In this document: piece after piece, positions 53,901 through 64,000 of the stretch | Layout: every line of letters starts with the position of its first letter | Numbering within the stretch: position 1 is the first letter of the stretch | Assembly (NCBI RefSeq): GCF_006345805.1 | Contig: NC_043017.1 | Span: forward strand, 27,528,001-27,592,000 | DNA: 64,000 bases | From: Octopus sinensis | Lineage: Eukaryota | Direction: 5' to 3' | Notes under the pieces: generated by a model | What the model saw: the letters and a program-made list of their open reading frames with translations, nothing else | Database searches by the model: none | What the model was told of the DNA's origin: nothing | Position numbers and translations under genes: made by a program

Positions 53901-55104
53901 GAGAACCGTTATTTGTTTCCTGAAATCTTCGTAATTAAGCGGTTCGGCAAAAGAGACCAACAAAAGTACAAGATTTAAAATAAACACATGGGTCGATTTG
54001 TTTGACTATAATCATTCGAGGCCGTTCTCTCTGCATAGCTGCTGTACAATGACTATAACAATGAAAAACAAATAAGAATAACTTTGTTTCTGTGCTAGGA
54101 ATATTCAAAGATAACTTACATTGTTAAACAAATAGTTTAATGAAATCTGTGGCACGACAATGGCCAAATTCCTCTCAGGCAATGAATAACCTGTCTAAAA
54201 CAAACAAATACTTATCTGATCTTGCTCGTTCAGAGCACATAGGGCCAAGCCACTTCAACAACAGAAATGTCCTACGTAAAAGTACATTGAGCTTTGAATA
54301 CACGCTACGGCTGGAAGGCACTTTGTAGTTTCAAATAATTTCATTAACTCTTGGAGTAGATATTCCCCAAAATTTATCTGAGATAAGAAATTGTATCATA
54401 CAGCATTTTATTATATCGAAGATAATCAAATACGTATTCTGTTCTACGATTTCTTCCTTTAAAAATTTATTGTGCTTTGATTCAATGATACGAGATTACA
54501 ATGCGCGGTTGTTTGATAAAGTGTAATACTTTTGTTTAAGATTCTCAAATGAAAGACGGTGGTGCCAATTCTATCTTTGTAGCTATAGGAAACGGTAGGA
54601 ACAATAGGTCACTCGACACAATTGCAGGAACGTAAAATTACAATGGCAATTTCAAATCCTTCTGTTGAACAAAGAGGGGAAATAGTAACTCTTTGTAGAA
54701 TATACTAGAAAGATTAAATACATCTCCTTCCAACAACGTGGAATTCTGATTACAGGAAGGAAAAAAAGAAAAAAATTCGATAGCATCATGTCAGATACAC
54801 GAGATCGGAAAGAAATGTAGAAAGTAGCTATAGCTTCAAATATTGCGTTTGATATTTAAGGTGCCAGGTCAAGGCCAACCAAGGGCTAAAGAAAACCAAC
54901 ACCTCCGATAGAACATCGTATTTATTTGCTTTATTAATATTTTCCCTAAAAATCAACGACCATATTTGATAAATTCCACACGTTGATACTTGTAAAATTT
55001 GGTTATACTTCTACTGCTGGGGCGGTGATTTTGGGGCCAATTTGGCGGGGGAATTTAGTATTGTTGATGGGGATGCTGGTACTGCTGATATTTTAGTTTT
55101 ATCT

Positions 55105-55510
55105 TTTACTTGTTTCAGTCATTAGAATGCGGCCATGCTGAGGCACTACCTTGAGGAATTTTAGTCGAACGAATCAACTATAGTACATTATTTTATTTAT
55201 TTAATTATTGTAAGCTCGGCACATATTTTATCGGCTACTTTTATCGGACCTCTAGGTTAAGGGGACATGAACCTATCAGCACTGGTTGCCAAGCAGTGAT
55301 GCTAGGGATGGGGTTCAAACACAGACACAAAGATACACACATGTGTATAAATGTTCGTGTGTGACGGGCTTCTTTCAGTTTCTGTCTACCAAATCCACTC
55401 GCAGGACCAAGGTTATAGCAGAAAGCACTTGCCCAAGGATCCACATGGTTGGACTGAACTCGGGACCATGTTGTGAGGAAGCAAACTTCTTACCACACTG
55501 ACAGCCCTGC
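55105..55510 (-). mobile_element. SINE family A, diverged
   Basis: Reverse-strand consensus match. Confidence 0.8.
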
Positions 55511-55767
55511 ATCTAATGGCGGGATGGAGAGGGGCTTGATTATGCTCTAATTTATTCGTTCATTCTTTCATAAACATCTTCATCTAATCTTTCATTCAGT
55601 TTTCTTCTCTTACTTGCTTTCTATTTTGTACTATTATTCATTCGTTTCTTTTTTTTTGTATTTCCTTCAACTATTTGTTTTCATCAACCTTCTGTATGTT
55701 ACCTATTAGGTTTTACATCTCTCACTCTATCTTTTTGTTACCCTTCTTCTTCTTCTTCTTCTTCTTC

Positions 55768-55809
<42 letters not shown>

Positions 55810-56171
55810 CTTTCATTCATATTTTCTTCATTCTAGCAAACGTTTTCTTCCATTCTATCATCAGTTATTTCTTCCATTCTAACTTATTCGTTCAGAATTT
55901 TTTTTTCTGCCTTATTGCTGACCGTTGAAATTTCGTTCTTTATCTCTTCTATTGTCTCTCATTCCTTTCTCCTTCCTTTTCATTCCTTTCATCTGTAATC
56001 TTTCTGGCTTTCATTTGCTCTTTCGTAGTTTCATCTCACTATTCTATACACTTAGTATTCATAGCATTGCTATACTCCTTTCCTCTCATTCTCTCTTTCC
56101 AATAGCTCACTGTACCATACACAGAAATGCACACACACACACAAGTAATGTATATATACGCATGTATTTGA

Positions 56172-56222
<51 letters not shown>

Positions 56223-56638
56223 ATATATATATGTGTGTATACTTCTTTGTGTATGTGTATGTACGAACGTATCTATGTACGTGTATATACTATAATACGA
56301 GTTACGCATACTTATGCGATGTGGTGGGGTGTATGAAACACAACAAAAACTCATACACCCGATATATGCAGGAACAGTGTTGCTTCAGACTGAACAGTAT
56401 CGGTTGAGCAGCGAACGAACAGAATTTCTTTATTGCTTTCTACTGCAGTAAGAAAAAATTCCAAAAAGTCATAAATTCTACCACCTTTAGCATTCCACAC
56501 AAACTGCTATACTTTGAACATTGAGAAACAAGGAAATAAAATACCATTCCTAATTTACTTTGGATTCGTTTTGGCTTCTTTTATACGAGTCTTCTTCTTA
56601 TGCGTCTCTCTCTCTCTCTCTCTGTATATATATATATG

Positions 56639-56697
<59 letters not shown>

Positions 56698-58014
56698 ACA
56701 CACACACACACACATACACACACAGATGCACATATGTATTTGATATATATTGTCTATCTAAACTACACATGTATACGATATATGTGTGTGAGTGTGTATG
56801 TGTGTGTGTTTGTGTGAGTGTGTATGTGTGTGTGTATATAGGTATGTGTGTGTGCATATATATATATGTATGTGTAAATATGTATACAAATATATATATG
56901 TATACGTATATATATATTTAAATATATACATATATATATACATAGTAAATATATACACACATATACGTATATATATTTAAATATATACATATATATATAT
57001 AGTAAATATATACACATATATATATTTGTGTGTGTGTATATATATTCATTTATATATATATATATATATATATTTGTGTGTGTGTATATATATATCTGCT
57101 TATTTATATATATGTATATACACAAACACATCGTTGTTTCATGCTTCTTTACGCATTTTTATCAAAAGTTGAATGGGTTGAATGCGTGAGTGTGTGTTTT
57201 ATATATACATATGTGTGTGTATGTGTGTGCGTATGTATGTGTGTGTGTGTATACATACATTTTTGTTTTATATTTCTCTGTATTTTTGCGCTTCGCTGTG
57301 TCTTAGAATCAACATATCGAAAATCAGAAAGAAGCATTAAGGATTATATTACCTGGTTGCGTAACCTTTTGCTTTCGCTGCGGTATCTTATATACCAAGG
57401 TAGTCTAGGCCTCCAATAGGATGGTGAGAAGACAACAGAGAAACTGATCCAGCGTAAGAAAGGCAGGAAACAAAATATATGATTTTTACGCATTTTACAT
57501 AAGCACTCACAGTTAATATTCCTGCATACATATATACTCTCACATACATACTCATATATTTTATCATATATTATATTACATTACGTTAGTATATATGTAT
57601 GTGTGTATGTGTGTGTATATATGTTTCTTTCAATGTCTGAGTGGATTAACGTTTTACGTGAAGTTTGGTGACGTAACTTTGATGTTTCGACCTGTTAGCC
57701 TTTATTATAAAAGTATATGTATACATACATGCGTACATGTATATATATGTATATACATGCGTACATGTATATATATGTATATAAATGCGTACATGTATAT
57801 ATATGTATATACATGCGTACATGTATATATATGTATATGCATGAGTACATGTATATATGTATATGCATGCGTACATGTATATATATGTATATATATGCGT
57901 ACATATATATATATATATGTATATACATGCATACATGTATATACATACATGCGTACATGTACATATATATTTTTTTTCGCTCCTCATTTTCTCTCCTTGT
58001 TTCTTTCTTTGTTC

Positions 58015-58052
58015 CATTCTGAGGAAGAGCATAGGCTCGAAACATTAAAGAC
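58015..58052 (+). ncRNA. Minimal hammerhead motif with an intact CUGANGA/GAAA core (family H)
   Basis: CTGAGGA-a-gagc(atag)gctc-GAAAC-ATT-aaagac; stem III palindrome and stem I are mutated. Confidence 0.55.
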
Positions 58053-58171
58053 TTTTTTCACTTCCCGAGCGTTAAGCTAATACATCTGTTTGTTGTCTAC
58101 ACTAACTTTCTTAGTCTTTTGTGAATTTTCCCTATACATATATATGTGTATGTATGTGTGTGTGTGTATAT

Positions 58172-58207
<36 letters not shown>

Positions 58208-58216
58208 ATATTATAT

Positions 58217-58250
<34 letters not shown>

Positions 58251-58887
58251 AATCAGCGGCTGTGTTGTAAGAAGCTAGCTTCCAAATTACATTGTTCTAG
58301 TTTCAGTCACATTGCGTGCCACCTCGAGTAAATGTCTTATACGATAGCCCCGGTCTTCTCCGTTGCTGTCACATTTTGTGGTATTTCAAACTTACGTCAA
58401 AATTTCCAAATTTAGTGTATTGAAGTAATTTTCTGAGATAAATCCGATTTTCTTTTTTTTTTTTTTTTTGTTGTTCCTGAAAAATATGGAAAAATATTAT
58501 GAGTTTTGAATTTTATTTAATTTTACCTAATCAGAAAGAGGATTTGGAAGCTGACATGTTCTACGTAATAGCTGTCTATCACGAAATGAAATCAAACTCA
58601 TTATGAGGATGATGTTTTGTTTAAATAAACGAAAGCAAAGCATTATGACGAATAAATTTTGATAAATTTTCCTCAATAATTTCTTGTGAAACGGTCGAAC
58701 TGTCATGTAATTAATTTTAGAAGGGAAACAAATCTTCAAGGAAATTATTTGCGAAAAAATTGCTCGAATCTCTTCTGATTAAGAGGCCTATCTCTCGGGG
58801 AAGGCATACCATGATATGGGATAAACAAAAACTTATATAAGACATTCTATTGTAAAAAGTGCCCGGAAAACGACGGGCTATTCAGTT

Positions 58888-58950
<63 letters not shown>

Positions 58951-59116
58951 TGTGTGTATCTTGATATTTATGCAGTAATTTGATAGATAAATGGATGGAC
59001 AAGACACATATCTTGACAGATAGACAGAGAAACAAACAGATGTCAACCGATAAATGAAGGACAAACATAGATAAACAGATTATTTAAAACGTAATGAATA
59101 TAGTTTGAGATATTAC

Positions 59117-59460
59117 CCTCTTGTTACGAATTTCACCTTCTGCTTTCATAGTCTGACTATCATTATCATCTGGCAGTTTTGGTAAAAAAGTGTTGTTGTT
59201 GCTTCTTTTTCTTGTTACTATGCCATCAAATTCTCTAATGGCGTCTTCATAAGGGAAATTTTATCGATCGGAACTGTTCGGAAGTCCATCTGATTCTCTA
59301 TATTAGAACTCGGGTGGGAGACTTAATTTTTCAACCGATTTAACAACCATTACCTTGGTTTTGTTTCCTTTTGCCATATTAATCTCTGTTGCAAGCAAAG
59401 GGCCACGCTGGTCGTCTGAAAATAACTCTCCCCTTTTTTTCCTCCTATCGTTCTCAAGAC
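59117..59460 (-). pseudogene. Splice-site-bounded exon-like frame with two in-frame TAA codons
   Basis: Acceptor cttttgcag, donors at 59354 (AAG/gtaatg) and 59117 (AGG/gtaata). Reads GLENDRRKKRGELFSDDQRGPLLATEINMAKGNKTK...FPYEDAIREFDGIVTRKRS...AEGEIRNKR. Confidence 0.35.
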
Positions 59461-59864
59461 CTGCAAAAGGTCATTGGTGCTACCTTTCTTTCTCTGACGA
59501 AGCCATAAAAAAATTAATGTTACACGGTAGAGATGATAAAGATAACAAAATGAATGTAATGTAACTATGTACAGAGAGAACGATTGTATATTATGATATA
59601 CTACGATATATTATAACAATGGACTACAGAAATCAAAATAATTTGTGAAGGTAGAAAAATTTTGAGAGAAAATGAAAGTCAAAAATACACACATATGCAC
59701 ACACACACACACAAACACACACACATGCTCTCACAACAGACACCCGAAAACACATACACACATACATATACGCATACTGACGTACGTAAGTACACATAGA
59801 TACTTATTCTACGTATACGTGTATAATACAATCACGAAACTCACTGCGCATACACGCACATAAA

Positions 59865-60240
59865 TTTATATGGATACAGATAAATGTGCGTGTATATATA
59901 TATATATATATATATATAGATATATATACACATATATATATTACACATGTATATATATATACACATATATATATATACACATATATATACACATGTATAT
60001 ATACACATGTATATATATGTATATATACACATGTATATATACACATATATATATACACATATATATATATATACACACATATATATACACATACATATAT
60101 ATACACATACATATATATTTATACACACACATATATATATACATATATATATATATATACACATACACATATATATTATATATATATATACACATATATA
60201 TATATATCTACATATGTATGTACGCATGTATAATATATCT
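59865..60240. repeat. (TA/CA) microsatellite field
   Basis: Direct inspection. Confidence 0.95.
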
Positions 60241-61220
60241 ATATACGCACACCCTGAAACGGAGTTGGATGTACATAACGGGTAGATAGGTAGCTAAAAC
60301 AGCAAATATATATAGGTAGTAAAAATCGATCGATCGATGGATGACTAGACACAAAGATAAATATATATCGATAGCTAGAAAGATAGATAGAGATAGGCAG
60401 GGGAAAAAAAAGAGCTAAGGAGAGTGTGAATGAGAATTGCGAAAGGAGATTAAAAGAGTTAGGCGATTGTGTTCAGTCATAGGAACATAATAATAAACCA
60501 GCCTTTGATCGACCAAGCTAAAATAATCTATTGGATGTTAAATTCAATGATTTTTTTGTGTGTTGTGATCTTTTGAAAACCATTATTATTCTATCTGAAT
60601 TCCGACACCATCAACAGAAATAATTCAGCCAGCTAAAACTCAATTCATTTTAATGGCGAATGTATGCGCCGTGTTTAGCAAGTATTTTGATAACGTTATT
60701 TGAGGTTTCAGGTATATGCGATTGAAGATACTCGCCTTGTTTGCGTAATGCGTTTAACAATAGCGACAACGGTCAGTTTACTGTTAAGTGTTATGTAATA
60801 TAACGTTACATGAAAGCTGGCGATGAACAACGATGGTTGTCCGAAAAACCGAATTCTATGCTTACGACACACATACTTCGCATAAACACACACATGTTCA
60901 CGGTGATATAAGAACACACAGACACACACACAAACACACAGACACACACACAAACACACAGACACACACACAAACACACAGACACACACATGCAGTTCGG
61001 TTTCCCTTGAGAGGGACACCAAGATTCGCTTCATGAGATTTGTTCAATTGTTCAAAGAGGACTGGTTGTTTCTGCTGAAGAAGGCGAAAATTGAAACAGT
61101 CACTACAATGTCTGACATAAATGTGAATCTACTTTAAGAATATCATTTCAGGAGCAAAATCGTCTTCGTGGTTACAACACAGCGAAATCAACACGCATAT
61201 ATATATATATATATATATAT

Positions 61221-61378
61221 ATAAGAAAAAAGCAACAAGAATGGATCAATATTTCGGTACAATTGTTTCGTACGAAGACAGCTTTATTAAGGCTGCAAAT
61301 TTGCAGCCTTAATAAAGCTGTCTTCGTACGGAACAATTGTACCGAAATATTGATCCATTCTTGTTGCTTTTTTCTTAT
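61221..61378. repeat. 158-bp loopless palindrome (one mismatch)
   Basis: Centre ggctgcaaa|tttgcagcc at 61299/61300; (TA)n on the left. Confidence 0.95.
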
Positions 61379-61532
61379 TCATAATCACCCCGCATTATCT
61401 TATGGTTAACACCATATAGATTTCTGGTGCATCTAAGTTAAGTACCACATTCATGTGAATTCAACAGAACTCACTTGAATCTTAATTGTTATTACTATAT
61501 ATATATATATTATATATATATATATATATAAT

Positions 61533-61862
61533 ACTTTATATTAGGGTTCAGCAAAGATTTGCCGAAGTTTAGAAATAGCAGTCAAAAACCTTTGCTATTT
61601 CTTCTACTTTAAAACAGTCTCCCAGAAAAAACCAAAGTACTTGAAAACAATCTACGTTTTTCTGGATGTCCCTTTTAAAGTAGAAGAAATAGCAAATGTT
61701 TTTGTCTGCTATTTCTAAACTTTGGTATGTTGTAAAGCAAATCTTTGCTGAACCCTAATTATAAATTATTACTTAAGCTTACCATGAAATGGTCTTTTTC
61801 ATGCCGAATTCTACGTGGTGAAATTACTGATTACTTCTTAATTAATTAATTTTACCCTTTTT

Positions 61863-61900
<38 letters not shown>

Positions 61901-62498
61901 CGTTTTGGATTGGTTTGCAAGATTCTTTATGTGAGTTCGTGGTTTAAGTATATTCTGTTGTGTCTGAGGAGAGTCATTTCTTTGTGTGCCTTAAAATTTA
62001 AACACACGCACCGGTGAAACTTCCACGTATTTCTTATTTCATTTTCCTACTTATTTTCGTTTCGTCTTGCAACCTTTGCAATAGTTTTGACTCTTGAAAA
62101 CGTTGCAAGACACACGAAATTTTAGGAAAATAAAAATAAGGAATAAGTTTAAATTTTACCGGTAAGTGTATTAAATTATAATGCACAAAAAGAAAACGAT
62201 TCTCCCCAGACACAACAGACTATATATATATATATATATATTATATAATTATATAAACAAAATTAGGGTATAAATTCAAACTTACAGGGAAAATCAGATT
62301 TAGGATTGAATCCAATTTTATAGTAAAATATTATGTTATATTAAATTAGAGATAAAACCACTATTAGGCAAATAATACGATGAAAAACTTAAGCCAATAT
62401 AGGATTATTTAATTTATATTAAGTTAAATAATCTTATGTATTGGCTTAAGTTTTTCATTGTATGATTGCCTAATAGTGGCTTAATCTCTAATTTAATT

Positions 62499-62556
<58 letters not shown>

Positions 62557-62886
62557 CTTTATAATTAGGGTTCAGCAAAGATTTGCCGAAGTTTAGAAAT
62601 AGCAGTCAAAAACCTTTGCTATTTCTTCTACTTTAAAACAGTCTCCCAGAAAAAACCAAAGTACTTGAAAACAATCTACGTTTTTCTGGATGTCCCTTTT
62701 AAAGTAGAAGAAATAGCAAATGTTTTTGTCTGCTATTTCTAAACTTTGGTATGTTGTAAAGCAAATCTTTGCTGAACCCTAATTATAAATTATTACTTAA
62801 GCTTACCATGAAATGGTCTTTTTCATGCCGAATTCTACTTGGTGAAATTACTGATTACTTCTTAATTAATTAATTTTACCCTTTTT

Positions 62887-62922
<36 letters not shown>

Positions 62923-63244
62923 CGTTTTGGGATTTGGTTTGCAAGATTCTTTATGTGAGTTCGTGTGTTTAAGTATATTCTGTTGTGTCTGAGGAGAGTC
63001 ATTTTCTTTTTGTGCCTTAAAATTTAACACACTCACCGGTGAAACTTCCACGTATTTCTTATTTTCATTTTCCTAATATTTTCGTTTCGTCTTGCAACCT
63101 TTGCAATAGTTTTGACTCTTGAAAACGTTGCAAGACACAACGAAAATTTTAGGAAAAATAAAAATAAGGAATAAGTTTAAATTTTACCGGTAAGTGTATT
63201 AAATTATAATGCACAAAAAGAAAACGATTCTCCCCAGACACAAC

Positions 63245-63281
<37 letters not shown>

Positions 63282-63526
63282 AACAAATATTAGGGTATAA
63301 ATTCAAACTTACAGGGAAAATCAGATTTAGGATTGAATCCAATTTTATAGTAAAATATTATGTTATATTAAATTAGAGATAAAACCACTATTAGGCAAAT
63401 CATACAATGAAAAACTTAAGCCAATACATAGAATTATTTAATTTATATTAAGTTAAATAATCTTATGTATTGGCTTAAGTTTTTCATTGTATGATTTGCC
63501 TAATAGTGGCTTAATCTCTAATTTAA

Positions 63527-63530
<4 letters not shown>
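61533..63530 (+). repeat. Tandem duplication of a unit of about 1024 bp made of three fold-back modules separated by (TA)n
   Basis: attagggttcagcaaagatttgc at 61540 and 62564; family F module at 61899 and 62920; AT-rich palindrome module at about 62255 and 63280. Confidence 0.93.
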
Positions 63531-63569
<39 letters not shown>

Positions 63570-64000
63570 ATATATATCGTTTAGTCATGGCGGTACTAAC
63601 AAACAGACGTACAACGATTCAGGGTCAGAGTACGGTGCGTAATATCAAATTGCATCAGTGACAAAGGAACGGAAGATTCTGCATTGAACTTGATTAGCTT
63701 ACAGCTGTTTCTCCTGTGTGATATAGAGCACTCAGAACTGAGTACTTGTGTACTACCACGTATCCTTCTCGGAGCTTCGAAAATGAAGCTTCAAGGAGGC
63801 TGTAGGCTAATGAAATTCTTTGCATAGTTTTCCGTTCCATTGTCATCTATTTCATTCACAAAATATCCTTCCTCCTACTAACATGGAATAAAAACTCTTT
63901 ATGATAGCATGAAATTGTAACATTATCGTTAGCTTCTGTCATGATTACCACAAGCGAATCTGTTCGGCTATATAAATATTTGATTTTACACATAGACACA

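Noticed and set aside
61060-61102. ctgaagaaggcgaaaattgaaac as a hammerhead
   Set aside because: No stem II pairing and no NUH site compatible with stems I and III.
61533-63530. CRISPR-like or satellite interpretation of the repeat/spacer pattern
   Set aside because: Eukaryotic context, only two units, and the spacers are (TA)n microsatellites.

Overview
AT-rich, repeat-dominated invertebrate DNA. It is most likely Octopus or another coleoid cephalopod, inferred from the SINE families and extreme (TA)n/(TG)n content, not from a database match. Nearly all ORF-track entries are translated microsatellites or SINE sequence. Supported content: (1) about 30 copies or fragments of three tRNA-derived SINE families, labelled A, B and C here; (2) a decayed 3.2-kb APE+RT LINE of the CR1/L2 group at 23.7-26.9 kb, plus 3' fragments of CR1-type, RTE and R4/Dong-type (RLE) elements; (3) a Tc1/mariner relic, a piggyBac-type MITE and a Helentron/DINE-like element; (4) several fold-back palindromes next to (TA)n; (5) four decayed copies of a minimal type-I hammerhead-ribozyme module of the kind carried by Penelope-like elements; (6) a 270-bp inverted repeat pair 3.5 kb apart; (7) a 1-kb tandem duplication; (8) a 100-N scaffold gap. 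No host gene is recognisable by homology. A set of phase-compatible, splice-site-bounded plus-strand exon candidates at about 40.2-51.0 kb, and several isolated stop-interrupted frames, are reported at low confidence.
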